This document shows, piece by piece, positions 1 through 9,826 of a stretch of 28,812 bases of DNA. The DNA comes from a virus (lineage: Duplodnaviria > Caudoviricetes), in the IMG/VR virus record IMGVR_UViG_3300020469_000189, positions 1 through 28,812 of that record; one strand, written 5' to 3'. The notes beneath the pieces were generated by a model. The model saw only the letters and a list, made by a program, of their open reading frames with translations. It was not told the DNA's origin and did no database searches. Both the position numbers and the translations under genes were made by a program. Within the stretch, counting starts at the first letter, position 1, and every line of letters starts with the position of its first letter.

Positions 1-2
1 AA

Positions 3-530
3 AAAGTATTAAAAGCTGCTAAGTCAGGAACGTTTGACGATAACCCAGTGGCACTAGAAAAGGTTGCAGGAGATATGGTTTTTAATCCAGACCATAGAGC
101 ATACCCAAATGGTAGAGCACCTATATATGAACCAGTAAAAGTCAAAGAAGCAGGTACTGGATTTATGATGATACATAGAAGTGTATTTGAGGAATATGCA
201 AAAGCACATCCTGAGTTAGAGTATACTCCTGACCATTTAAGAGAAGGAGAGTTTAAATTAGGAGAAAAAATTCATGCTTATTTTGACTGTATAATCAATG
301 AAGAAAACAGATATCTAAGTGAAGATTATATGTTTTGTGAAAATTTGAGAAAGCAAAATATAGATATATGGACATTACCAATGATTGAACTTATGCATTG
401 TGGTAGTTACATCTACCAAGGTAAGCTAGTAGATATGGCAGTAAATGACGTTCATGCAACAATGGCTCCAGAAGATATTGGAAAAATTCGAAGTAGTCGT
501 CCGTATGAAGATGACAAAAATAGTTCTTGA
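3..530 (+). CDS. 5'-truncated glycosyltransferase-A-like phage protein (C-terminal part)
   Basis: Frame is open from position 3 (KVLKAAKSGTFDDNPV...), so the start lies upstream of the window. GTGFMMI and YLSEDYMFC...H motifs resemble the C-terminal half of GT2/GT-A folds. Confidence 0.55.
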   Translation, partial: KVLKAAKSGTFDDNPVALEKVAGDMVFNPDHRAYPNGRAPIYEPVKVKEAGTGFMMIHRSVFEEYAKAHPELEYTPDHLREGEFKLGEKIHAYFDCIINEENRYLSEDYMFCENLRKQNIDIWTLPMIELMHCGSYIYQGKLVDMAVNDVHATMAPEDIGKIRSSRPYEDDKNSS

Positions 531-555
531 CAACATCTATAAAATTTGATATAAT
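527..555 (+). promoter_or_regulatory. consensus sigma70 promoter (TTGACA-17-TATAAT)
   Basis: TTGACA 527-532, 17-nt spacer, TATAAT 550-555 preceded by TGn; A-tract upstream. Confidence 0.85.
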
Positions 556-942
556 ATGTTATTATTTAATTGGAATGAGATTTTAAAAAGAAGCAAAGGA
601 AATGTTATGGACACCATTACAATCCTAAGAATTATTACTTTTAAACTTACACCCAAAAATTACAACGACCGAGTGTTTAAATTTTATAAACACTACTATG
701 GCGGACAGTCGTTTCTCTTGAATCCTGAGAAACTACTAAATGCTGGTCGCAGTTACTCAGATAAAGAAGTAGTGGAATATGCAGGAGTCGCATCGTTTCG
801 CAATTACTTTGAGTATCAGCAAACCAAAGACTCCACACTTGACCTTCTGATGTTACCAATATCAGAAGATATTATTACTAAAAACAGACTGCTTGACATA
901 AAAAACGGCAGGATTCATTTTATGTTCGAGGAGACACAATAG
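556..942 (+). CDS. conserved T5-like hypothetical protein preceding D11
   Basis: GxSFLLN...EYAGVASFRNY...NRLLDI...F.FEE pattern recalls the small ORF upstream of D11 in T5-like phages; position matches. Confidence 0.6.
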   Translation: MLLFNWNEILKRSKGNVMDTITILRIITFKLTPKNYNDRVFKFYKHYYGGQSFLLNPEKLLNAGRSYSDKEVVEYAGVASFRNYFEYQQTKDSTLDLLMLPISEDIITKNRLLDIKNGRIHFMFEETQ

Positions 943-952
943 GAGAATTATT

Positions 953-1582
953 ATGGCAATAGGCTTTAATGTAACCAAGGGCTCAGCCCAAAAAGATAAA
1001 ATATCAACTTATAACTACGCGGATAAGGAAGACCACAAGGTAAGACTAGTGGGCGACTTACTCCCTAGATATGTCTACTGGATTAAAGGAGAGAACAACA
1101 AAAACATCCCTATGGAATGTTTGTCTTTCGACAGAAACTCTGAAACCTTTAATAACATCGAACACGACCACGTAAGAGACTTTTACCCAGACTTAAAGTG
1201 TGGATGGTCTTATGCGGTTCAATGTATTGATTATTCAGACAATTCAGTTAAAGTATTGAATCTTAAAAGAAAACTGTTTGACCAAATTATTGTAGCTATG
1301 GAAGACTTAGGTGATCCAACAGACCCAGTAACTGGTTATGACATTCATTTTAAAAGAAAGAAAACTGGACCTCAAGTATTTAACGTTGAGTATCAGTTAG
1401 CTGTCTTAAAATGTAAAAATAGAGAACTAACCGACGAAGAAAAAGAGCTTATCAAAGATCTTAAATCTATGGATGATGTACTTCCTAGACCTACTGCTGA
1501 CGCACAGTTGGAATTACTAAGAAGAATCAATAATCAGGATGGCGGAGACGAGCAAGTAGATTCGGAGTTCGACGTATCATGA
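953..1582 (+). CDS. T5 D11-like putative ssDNA-binding protein
   Basis: AGGAG RBS; LPRYVYW, ECLSFDR, CGWSY and LGDPTDP.TGYDI.F motifs; acidic C-terminal tail; lies just before the D12/D13 homologs. Confidence 0.75.
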   Translation: MAIGFNVTKGSAQKDKISTYNYADKEDHKVRLVGDLLPRYVYWIKGENNKNIPMECLSFDRNSETFNNIEHDHVRDFYPDLKCGWSYAVQCIDYSDNSVKVLNLKRKLFDQIIVAMEDLGDPTDPVTGYDIHFKRKKTGPQVFNVEYQLAVLKCKNRELTDEEKELIKDLKSMDDVLPRPTADAQLELLRRINNQDGGDEQVDSEFDVS

Positions 1583-2085
1583 TTGGAGTAGGAAGTATCT
1601 TTCCTAATTTCCACATGGTTGGAGTAGATGAAAGCAATAGTTTTTTAGATTTAGATGTATTAGCACCCAATAGTTGGACTGTTATGTATTTTTATCCTAA
1701 AGATTTTACTTTTATCTGCCCTACTGAAATTGCAGGAATGGATATGCTAGTATCAGAAGCAGATGTTATCGGCGTTAGCGGTGACAATGAGTTCTGTAAA
1801 CTAATGTGGAAACAAACAAATGACACAATTAGAAATATTAATCATATTTTAGCTGCAGATTGTGGACTTAAGTTATCTACTAAACTAGGAATAGTTGATG
1901 AAGATAATGGAGTCTGCTTTAGAGCTACATATATTGTAGACCCAGAAGGGGTTGTTCAACATGTATCAGTCAATGCACTTGATACAGGTAGAAATGCAAA
2001 CGAAGTACTAAGAACACTACAAGGCTTAAAAGCTGGTGGACTTACAGGTTGTGAATGGCAACCAGGAGAAGACTTCGTAGCATGA
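1579..2085 (+). CDS. ahpC: peroxiredoxin, AhpC/Prx1 type
   Basis: FYPKDFTFICPTE peroxidatic motif, RATYIVDPEG, GRNANEVLR, C-terminal GCEW. Confidence 0.9.
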   Translation: MIGVGSIFPNFHMVGVDESNSFLDLDVLAPNSWTVMYFYPKDFTFICPTEIAGMDMLVSEADVIGVSGDNEFCKLMWKQTNDTIRNINHILAADCGLKLSTKLGIVDEDNGVCFRATYIVDPEGVVQHVSVNALDTGRNANEVLRTLQGLKAGGLTGCEWQPGEDFVA

Positions 2086-2396
2086 AGCAATTAAAAAAAT
2101 CACTATTATGGATAGTAGATACCTGGCGTATAATCATGGATGCAAAATATAATCCATTAAGAGTTATTCCTGACCCAAGTTTACAAACTTACTTTATGTT
2201 AGTATTGTTTACTATGTGGTCAGTATACTTTGGATTTGTTGCCTCTTACTATATGGGATGGCTTGGCTATTCAGTAGTAACAAGTATCATTGTTCATATT
2301 GCAGTTCTTTTACCTATAAGTTTCACTAATGCTATATTTTTAGACGCAGAAAGAGATGGAGCAAGATGGGTAAAAGATTGGAGAAATGAAAAATGA
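2082..2396 (+). CDS. small membrane protein (about 2 TM helices)
   Basis: Two long hydrophobic segments. Probable start is the ATGA overlap with the Prx stop (2082) rather than 2055. Confidence 0.65.
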   Translation: MKQLKKSLLWIVDTWRIIMDAKYNPLRVIPDPSLQTYFMLVLFTMWSVYFGFVASYYMGWLGYSVVTSIIVHIAVLLPISFTNAIFLDAERDGARWVKDWRNEK

Positions 2397-2827
2397 AGGG
2401 GTATATATTTACAATCTGTATAGGTATGTTTGCAACTATCTCGGTTGCTTACAATAATCTAGAATATAGAGGACAGCCTAGTAATACTAGTTGTACTGGT
2501 CAATGTTATATTGATTATGTAGCCCTTAATGGTACAAGCGTAGACATACTAAGAGCAAAACAAGAACTTGCAAATGCAGATGAGTTTTCCTCTATTAGAA
2601 GTCTATGGGCAGGTTGTGCTGCTTGTCATGGAATGGAAGGTCAAGGTATGGCTGTATTTCCTAAACTAGCAGGTCAATCTTCTGATTACATAGTTGACAG
2701 ATTAAATGCTTACAAAAACAGAGAAACTGTAGGTGCTATGTCTTCTACTATGTGGGGACAAGCTGCTATGTTATCAGACCAAGATATAAATACAATAGGT
2801 AAATTTATTCAGGAAACAATGAAATGA
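2393..2827 (+). CDS. membrane-anchored/exported monoheme cytochrome c (c553/c4-like)
   Basis: Hydrophobic N-terminal signal or anchor; CAACH heme motif; PKLAGQ..DYI...L.AYK; distal Met region; LSDQDI..I..FI. Confidence 0.85.
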   Translation: MKGYIFTICIGMFATISVAYNNLEYRGQPSNTSCTGQCYIDYVALNGTSVDILRAKQELANADEFSSIRSLWAGCAACHGMEGQGMAVFPKLAGQSSDYIVDRLNAYKNRETVGAMSSTMWGQAAMLSDQDINTIGKFIQETMK

Positions 2828-3774
2828 TATTATTCACCGCAGACTGGCATATTAAATTAGGACAAAAGAATGTACCTGTAGCGTGGGCTTGCTCTCGTTA
2901 TGAAATGTTCTTTGAACAAATACAGAATGTAATTGCGGAAAATAATTGTGATTTACACATCATTGGTGGGGACTTGTTTGATCGAGTTCCCAGCATGGAT
3001 GAACTTACTCTTTACTTTGATTTTATAAAGAGAGTAAATGTAAGAACTATTATATATGACGGCAATCATGAAGCCACAAGAAAAAATAAAACTTTCTTTA
3101 CTAATTTGAAGAAAGTTACCAGTAGTATCAATCCTCTAGTAGAAGTAATTGATACAACATATTACGAAGATAACTGGGCAATATTACCTTATGCAGACTT
3201 ACATAGAAAAGATGCAATAGAAAATATTGATGCAGAAATCTTATATACTCATGTTCGTGGAGAGATACCACCACATGTAGTACCAGAAGTAGATTTAGAA
3301 AGATTTGATAAGTTCAAAGTTGTTTTTGCTGGAGATTTACATGCTCACGAGAATACTCAAAGAAACATTGTATATCCAGGCAGTCCTATGACTACATCAT
3401 TTCATAGAAATCAAGTCCGAACGGGGTATTTACTAATAGACGGATTAGAATGGAAGTGGGGGAGTTTTGAACTACCTCAACTTATTCGTACTAGTGTAAC
3501 TAACCCAGATGATATGATTCAGACCGACTTTCACCATACTATATATGAGTTGGAAGGAGATGTTCAAGATTTGGCTAAAGTTAAAAACACTGAGCTACTC
3601 GATAAAAAAGTAGTAAAACGAGAAATGGAAGCAACTCTTAAGTTGAGTCAAGACATGACAATATCAGAAGAACTAATAATGTATCTATCTGAAATCTTAA
3701 GTCTGGAAGAAACTAAAATACCAAATATTATAGGAGTGTTTAATGATTATTCTAAAGAAGCTGAAGTGGGATAA
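2824..3774 (+). CDS. SbcD/Mre11-like recombination nuclease (T5 D12-like)
   Basis: Metallophosphoesterase motifs DWH, GDLFD, GNHE, GDLH and YPGSP. Confidence 0.9.
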   Translation: MILFTADWHIKLGQKNVPVAWACSRYEMFFEQIQNVIAENNCDLHIIGGDLFDRVPSMDELTLYFDFIKRVNVRTIIYDGNHEATRKNKTFFTNLKKVTSSINPLVEVIDTTYYEDNWAILPYADLHRKDAIENIDAEILYTHVRGEIPPHVVPEVDLERFDKFKVVFAGDLHAHENTQRNIVYPGSPMTTSFHRNQVRTGYLLIDGLEWKWGSFELPQLIRTSVTNPDDMIQTDFHHTIYELEGDVQDLAKVKNTELLDKKVVKREMEATLKLSQDMTISEELIMYLSEILSLEETKIPNIIGVFNDYSKEAEVG

Positions 3775-5548
3775 TTGCTTTTCTTATGGAGAAGGAAACG
3801 AGTTAGACTTAGATAAGTCAACTCTTACACAGCTTGTAGGCACAAATGGAGTGGGAAAATCCTCTATTCCCTTGATTTTAGAGGAAGTATTATTTAATAA
3901 AAACAGTAAAAATGTTAAGAAGGCAGATATCGCAAACCGCTATATCAATAGTGGTTATAATATCTCTCTATCTTTTACAGTGGATAATGATGAGTACTGT
4001 ATTAGCGTTATAAGACGTGCAGCACTTAAGTGTAAACTTACAAAAAATGGAGAAGATATAAGTTCACACACAGCGTCAAATACGTACAAGACGCTCGGGG
4101 AAGTATTGGGCATTGATTTTAAAACCTTTTCTCAATTAGTTTACCAAAACACCAATGCATCATTACAATTCTTAACAGCGACTGACACGAACCGTAAAAA
4201 GTTCTTAATTGACCTCTTGAAGCTAGACGAATATGTGTCTTACTTTGAGATTTTTAAAGAAGCTGTAAGAGTAAAAGCAAACGAAATCACAGGAAGCAAT
4301 GCGAAAATTGCAACAATCGAGAAATGGTTGGCAGATAATATTCTTGAAGATAGTGTCATACTCGAAAAGATGATTTTACCAAAAATTAATGAAGAAGATG
4401 AAGAATCTTTACGTTCTTTACAATTAGAATTTGAAAATATCTCCGAAAAGAATAAAAAAATAAATCTTAATGAAATGCTGAAACAGCAGGTAAAAAACAT
4501 ACCGCTAGAACAGTACAAAGCAGATTTACAAACTTATCCTGAGTTGCAAGATACTTCTGATATAGAACAAGATATAGGAAAAGTAAACCATAATCTTGCA
4601 TATCATGAGAGACTCTTAAATGAGTATGAAAGTCAAACAGGTAAGTGTCCTACATGCGGTCAGGACATAGAAGTAGACTTCACAGAAGAAAAACTAGAGC
4701 TTCATAGAGAAGGAATAAAGACAGCAAAGCTAAATTACTTAGAGAAGAAAGCAGATTTAACCGAGATACAACATGGAAATAAAATACATAGGGCAGCAAC
4801 CAAAGGAGTCCAAGACTGGGAACAAACCTACAGGTCTATTGACCATGAGCTCCCGTCAGAAGCAGTGGATGGAGAAAGAATCTCCAAGCAAATTCAAGAG
4901 CTTCGTAAAACGATTGCCGATAGTAGGTCGAATCTTCAAGAGGTTATAAATGAAAACGAGAGAAGAGAAAGACATAACACCAGAATTAGCATCATCTTGG
5001 AACAAACTGATGGATTTCAAAGGGAGCTTGATGCAAGTAAATCTAGTCTTGAGAGTTCAGAAAGCAAATTGGCGATTCTTGAAACACTCAAAAAAGCATT
5101 TAGTACGAACGGACTTTTAGCTTATAAAATAGAATCTCTAGTAAAAGAACTAGAAGTTCTAACAAACGACTACCTTGCTGAATTTAGTGATGGTAGATTT
5201 AGTATTAACTTTGTAGTGGAGAATGATAAATTAAATGTGGAAGTCTCAGATAATGGCAATATTATTGACATTCTTGCTCTTTCTAGCGGCGAGTTAGCTA
5301 GAGTAAACATAGCAACCTTAGTAGCAATACGAAAACTAATGGCTTCTATAAGTCGTAGTCAAATCAATGTGCTATTTTTGGATGAGGTAAACCAAGCCTT
5401 AGATGAAGTTGGTAAAGAAAAAGTAGTGGAAGTATTACTTAAAGAAGAAAACCTTAATACATATATGGTATCACATGGTTGGACTCACCCATTACTAGAA
5501 AAAATAGAGATAACTAAAATAGATAATATTAGTTACTTAGAAGGATAA
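3743..5548 (+). CDS. SbcC/Rad50-like ATPase (T5 D13-like)
   Basis: Walker A GTNGVGKS, coiled coil with CPTC zinc hook, LSSGE signature, LFLDE Walker B, SH switch. Confidence 0.92.
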   Translation: MIILKKLKWDNCFSYGEGNELDLDKSTLTQLVGTNGVGKSSIPLILEEVLFNKNSKNVKKADIANRYINSGYNISLSFTVDNDEYCISVIRRAALKCKLTKNGEDISSHTASNTYKTLGEVLGIDFKTFSQLVYQNTNASLQFLTATDTNRKKFLIDLLKLDEYVSYFEIFKEAVRVKANEITGSNAKIATIEKWLADNILEDSVILEKMILPKINEEDEESLRSLQLEFENISEKNKKINLNEMLKQQVKNIPLEQYKADLQTYPELQDTSDIEQDIGKVNHNLAYHERLLNEYESQTGKCPTCGQDIEVDFTEEKLELHREGIKTAKLNYLEKKADLTEIQHGNKIHRAATKGVQDWEQTYRSIDHELPSEAVDGERISKQIQELRKTIADSRSNLQEVINENERRERHNTRISIILEQTDGFQRELDASKSSLESSESKLAILETLKKAFSTNGLLAYKIESLVKELEVLTNDYLAEFSDGRFSINFVVENDKLNVEVSDNGNIIDILALSSGELARVNIATLVAIRKLMASISRSQINVLFLDEVNQALDEVGKEKVVEVLLKEENLNTYMVSHGWTHPLLEKIEITKIDNISYLEG

Positions 5549-5556
5549 TTTATATC

Positions 5557-5585
5557 TTGACAACATCTCATAAATTTGATATAAT
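5557..5585 (+). promoter_or_regulatory. consensus sigma70 promoter (TTGACA-17-TATAAT)
   Basis: TTGACA 5557-5562 and TATAAT 5580-5585; intergenic; near-identical to the promoter at 527. Confidence 0.88.
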
Positions 5586-5605
5586 ATAATATAAAAAGGA
5601 ATAAC

Positions 5606-5836
5606 ATGCAAGTAGTAATTTACAGTATACCAAATTGTACATATTGTGTACAAGCAAAAAATTTAGCAGAAAATCATCCAAAAGTCGAGGAGACTATATA
5701 TAAGATGATGGGCGATGGTTTTAAACCAACAGAAGTTAGGGAACTGTTTCCGACAGCAAGAACATTTCCTCAGATTATAGTAGACGGAGAAAAGATAGGC
5801 GGATTCACAGAACTCAAGGCTTTACTGGATGGTTAA
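5606..5836 (+). CDS. glutaredoxin
   Basis: CTYC active site, TFPQI and IGGF motifs; AAGGA RBS. Confidence 0.9.
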   Translation: MQVVIYSIPNCTYCVQAKNLAENHPKVEETIYKMMGDGFKPTEVRELFPTARTFPQIIVDGEKIGGFTELKALLDG

Positions 5837-6317
5837 TTCTAGAAGGAAAGGTCATGACGCTGAGATACGCGTAGCAGATATGCTTAAAAGAATCACAGGC
5901 GAGGAGTTCGTACAGACTCCTGGCTCAGGTTCTGGCAAGATAAAAGGTGATTTAATGGTACCTCACAAACATAACCTCTTTACAATAGAGGTTAAGTTCT
6001 ATCGTGATATGGCATTTAATCATAAAATATTTACTCAAAAGAGTAATACCTTTGTGGGTTGGTGGTCTAAGTTGTGCAAACAGGCACAGGATATGGAGCA
6101 GGAACCTCTGCTTATATTTAAAGAGAATCACTCACAGTGGTACGTGGCAACGACAAGAAAGCCATGTTACAAAAAACATATGTACATAAACTGGTTGGGG
6201 TGCTATGTCACCTTTGCCGAACAATTTTTAGAAACAGAGGAGTTAAAGTTTACAAATGGCGATAAAATTTACGAGCCATGGAGAGTCGATCCCGAATGGG
6301 AACTTACTAATAGTTGA
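5829..6317 (+). CDS. T5 D14-like PD-(D/E)xK nuclease / Holliday junction resolvase
   Basis: SRRKG..AE, PGSGSG..KGD, IEVK, WW.K...QA and PLLIFK motifs; directly upstream of the D15 homolog. Confidence 0.8.
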   Translation: MVNSRRKGHDAEIRVADMLKRITGEEFVQTPGSGSGKIKGDLMVPHKHNLFTIEVKFYRDMAFNHKIFTQKSNTFVGWWSKLCKQAQDMEQEPLLIFKENHSQWYVATTRKPCYKKHMYINWLGCYVTFAEQFLETEELKFTNGDKIYEPWRVDPEWELTNS

Positions 6318-7113
6318 TGGACTCAACTTGGCGTTCAGATGGAAACATCAGGGCAAGAATGACTTTGAACATGATTATGTACGAACAGTACAATCATTAG
6401 CAAAGTCTTATGACTGCGGAGAAATCGTAGTCTTAGGGGATGGCGGTAGTAATTACCGTAAGGAAATATATCCCGAATACAAAGCAAACAGAAAAGAAAG
6501 ATATGCAGAACAGACTGAGAAAGAGGAACAAGAGTTCCAAGAATTCTTAGCCGAGTTCCAAGTTACTATGAATACTTTAAAGTATAAGGGACACCTTACG
6601 CTTAAATATGCAGGAGTAGAAGCTGATGACATAGCTGCTCTTATCTGTCAAAACAGAGAGAATCTAGGTATACAAAATATTTGGATGATTTCATCAGATA
6701 GAGACTGGGATTTACTTATTGATGAGAATATAAGTAGATTCTCTACAGTCACTAGAAAAGAAACAACGATTCATAATTGGGACGAGCATTATGATTTTGA
6801 CCCAGAGTACTTCTTAACATATAAGTGCCTAACAGGGGATAAAGGAGATAACGTTCCAGGAGTTGATGGTATCGGTCCAAAGAGAGCGACACAGATTATT
6901 CAACAATATGGAGATATTTTTGATATTATGGCGAGTTTACCAATAGACGGAAAGTATAAATTTATACAGAACTTAAATGAGTTCGGAAGTGACGGACTTG
7001 AAGTTGGTATTAAACTCATGGATTTAACATATGACGTAGACGGAGCAGTACTCGGTCACGCCAAAGAGATTATAGGATTAGTGGAGAATTATGTCAGTGA
7101 AAATAGACTTTAG
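6256..7113 (+). CDS. flap endonuclease / 5'-3' exonuclease (T5 D15-like)
   Basis: IVDGLNLAFR, YKANR, GVEADD, SSDRDW and GDKGDNVPGVDGIGPKRA (H3TH) motifs. Confidence 0.93.
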   Translation: MAIKFTSHGESIPNGNLLIVDGLNLAFRWKHQGKNDFEHDYVRTVQSLAKSYDCGEIVVLGDGGSNYRKEIYPEYKANRKERYAEQTEKEEQEFQEFLAEFQVTMNTLKYKGHLTLKYAGVEADDIAALICQNRENLGIQNIWMISSDRDWDLLIDENISRFSTVTRKETTIHNWDEHYDFDPEYFLTYKCLTGDKGDNVPGVDGIGPKRATQIIQQYGDIFDIMASLPIDGKYKFIQNLNEFGSDGLEVGIKLMDLTYDVDGAVLGHAKEIIGLVENYVSENRL

Positions 7114-8866
7114 TAAAGATAGTCTTTTAGATGATTTTGCTTTAGCAACTCTAAAAGATAGATATATGGTAGGTGATGAAACTTCACCCCAAGAAGCTTT
7201 TGCGCGTGCCGCAATAGCTTTTGCAGATGATGAGGCTCATGCACAAAGACTATATGATTATGTAAGTAAACTATGGTTTATGTTTGCTACGCCAGTATTA
7301 TCAAATGGAGGCACTAAAAGAGGATTACCTATTAGTTGCTTTTTGAATTATGTAGATGACAGCAGAGAAGGAATAACAGATCACTTCACAGAAAATGCTT
7401 TCTTATCTTCTTTTGGAGGAGGTATTGGAGGTAGCTGGAGTGATGTTCGTGCGTCTGGCTCTAAGACTTCTAAAGGAAGCGAGAGTACAGGAGTAATACC
7501 TTTTATGAAGGTAGTAGACGCAGAAATGTTAGCTTTCTCACAAGGAGTAACTAGACGGGGAAGTTACGCAAGTTATATACATATGAGTCACCCCGAGATT
7601 GAGGAATTTTTAGATGTACGGAAGCCAACTGGTGGCGATACTAACCGTAAGTGTACTAATATCCATCATGCTGTGGTTATTCCTGACGCTTTTATGGAGC
7701 TTATTCACTCCGCTTCAAAGTATCCTGATTTTGACGACAGCTGGGATCTTACAGATCCTCATTCCCTTGAAGTAAAGAAAACTGTATCTGCGAGAGCGTT
7801 ATGGGTTAAAATACTTCAGAATAGAATGGAAACTGGAGAGCCTTACTTAATGTTTGAAGATGCGGTAAACAAAGATTTGCCCGACTTTCAAAAGAAGAAA
7901 GGAATGAAAGTACATCACAGTAATCTGTGTTCAGAAATAACACTCGCCACAAACGAAGAAAGAACAGCAGTTTGTTGTCTCTCTAGTGTTAATCTAGAGT
8001 ATTATGATGAATGGAAAAAAGTACCTGCATTTATACCTGACTTAGTCAGAATGTTAGATAATGTACTTGAATACTTTATTAATAATGCTCCTGACCAATT
8101 AGAGAAAGCTAAGTTTAGTGCTCAGAGGGAGAGGAGTATTGGACTTGGTGCTATGGGTTTTCATGCGTATTTACAAAAAAATGGAATACCTTTTGATAAC
8201 CCAATGGCAACAGGCGCTAATTCTGAAATGTTCCAACATATCAAAACACAAGCGGAAAACACAACTAGACAACTAGCTGTTGAGAGAGGAGCTTGCCCAG
8301 ACGATGATAGTTGTTCTGTAAGGAACGCTCATCTATTGGCAATCGCTCCTAACGCTTCATCTAGTATTATCTGTGGAAACACTAGTCCAAGTATTGAACC
8401 ATATAGAGCAAACGCCTATACTCAAAAGACAAAGTCTGGTAGTAACTTAGTTAAGAATAAATTTTTAGATAGGTTGCTAATGAGTAAAATAGGACATGCT
8501 GAAGTATACGATAGCACTTGGAAAAGTATTGTTGCAAACAGAGGTAGTGTACAACATCTTGACGTACTTGACGAGTGGGAAAAAGATGTATTCAAAACAG
8601 CCGTAGAAATTAATCAAGCATGGATTGTAGAACACGCAAGTACTAGACAAGAATATATTTGTCAGTCACAGAGCGTAAACCTATTTTTCCCACCTGATGT
8701 AAATAAAGGCGATTTACACAATGTCCATATGTTAGCATGGGCAAAGAATTTAAAAACATTGTATTACTTGAGAAGTGAAGCTATCAGTAGAGCTGATAAT
8801 GTATCTAATCAAGCTAAGCGAGAAATAATATTTGAACAGTCAGACTGTTTAAGTTGCGAGGGATAA
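7091..8866 (+). CDS. nrdA: ribonucleotide reductase class I alpha subunit (compact, no evident ATP cone)
   Basis: ISCF, NLCSEI, VCCLSS, APNASSS, TLYY motifs and C-terminal CLSCEG. Confidence 0.95.
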   Translation: MSVKIDFSKDSLLDDFALATLKDRYMVGDETSPQEAFARAAIAFADDEAHAQRLYDYVSKLWFMFATPVLSNGGTKRGLPISCFLNYVDDSREGITDHFTENAFLSSFGGGIGGSWSDVRASGSKTSKGSESTGVIPFMKVVDAEMLAFSQGVTRRGSYASYIHMSHPEIEEFLDVRKPTGGDTNRKCTNIHHAVVIPDAFMELIHSASKYPDFDDSWDLTDPHSLEVKKTVSARALWVKILQNRMETGEPYLMFEDAVNKDLPDFQKKKGMKVHHSNLCSEITLATNEERTAVCCLSSVNLEYYDEWKKVPAFIPDLVRMLDNVLEYFINNAPDQLEKAKFSAQRERSIGLGAMGFHAYLQKNGIPFDNPMATGANSEMFQHIKTQAENTTRQLAVERGACPDDDSCSVRNAHLLAIAPNASSSIICGNTSPSIEPYRANAYTQKTKSGSNLVKNKFLDRLLMSKIGHAEVYDSTWKSIVANRGSVQHLDVLDEWEKDVFKTAVEINQAWIVEHASTRQEYICQSQSVNLFFPPDVNKGDLHNVHMLAWAKNLKTLYYLRSEAISRADNVSNQAKREIIFEQSDCLSCEG

Positions 8867-9826
8867 ATGAGTTTATTAAAAGAAAGAGAATACTATAAAC
8901 CTTTTCAATATCCTTGGGCATTTGAGAACTATAAAAAACAACAACAAATGCATTGGCTACCTGAAGAAGTGCCATTACAAGATGATATAAAGGATTATAA
9001 AGAAAAATTAAGTGAAGGCGAAAGGACATTGTTAGACAATATCTTTAAGTTTTTCACTCAAGCAGATGTAGATGTATGCGGAGGCTATGCCCACCATTAC
9101 TTACCTACATTTAAACAACCAGAAGTAAGAATGATGCTAGTTAGTTACGCTGCTATGGAAGCAGTACACCAAGAAGCATATTCCCTTCTACTAGAAACTT
9201 TAGGTAAATCAGAAGATATGTACCAAGAGTTTTTTGATATCAATGCTATGATGGAGAAACATGAATATCTACAAGATTTCGGTATGAACACTCCATATGA
9301 TATGGCAAAGACAATGGCAGTATATAGTGCATTTACAGAAGGAGTACAGTTATTTAGTAGCTTTGCTATTCTTCTTAACTACCCAAGACATAACTTGATG
9401 AAAGGAATGGGACAAATTGTAACATGGAGTATTCGTGATGAATCATTACATGTAGAAGGTTTGTCTAAACTATTCAGAACTTTCATTGCAGAGAATCCTG
9501 AGTTATGGACTGATAAGTTAAAGTACGAAATATACTGTGCTGCAGAAAAGACAGTAGAGTTAGAAGATAACTTTATTGATATTTGTTTTGATAAAGCAGA
9601 TATACCAGATTTGACAGCAAAAGAAGTCAAGGAGTATATTAGATATATTGCTGACAGAAGGTTATTAGGTATCGGTATGAAGAAGATATTTCATAGTACA
9701 GATAATCCATTACCTTGGATTGACATGCAAGTCAACGCAGTTGAGCATACCAACTTTTTTGAAAACCGTGCTACCGAGTATGCTAAGGCGAGTACACAAG
9801 GCAATTGGCAGGACGTATTTAAATGA
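8867..9826 (+). CDS. nrdB: ribonucleotide reductase class Ia beta subunit
   Basis: FFTQAD, EAVHQEAY (radical Tyr), EGVQLFSSF, RDESLH and NFFE motifs. Confidence 0.95.
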   Translation: MSLLKEREYYKPFQYPWAFENYKKQQQMHWLPEEVPLQDDIKDYKEKLSEGERTLLDNIFKFFTQADVDVCGGYAHHYLPTFKQPEVRMMLVSYAAMEAVHQEAYSLLLETLGKSEDMYQEFFDINAMMEKHEYLQDFGMNTPYDMAKTMAVYSAFTEGVQLFSSFAILLNYPRHNLMKGMGQIVTWSIRDESLHVEGLSKLFRTFIAENPELWTDKLKYEIYCAAEKTVELEDNFIDICFDKADIPDLTAKEVKEYIRYIADRRLLGIGMKKIFHSTDNPLPWIDMQVNAVEHTNFFENRATEYAKASTQGNWQDVFK

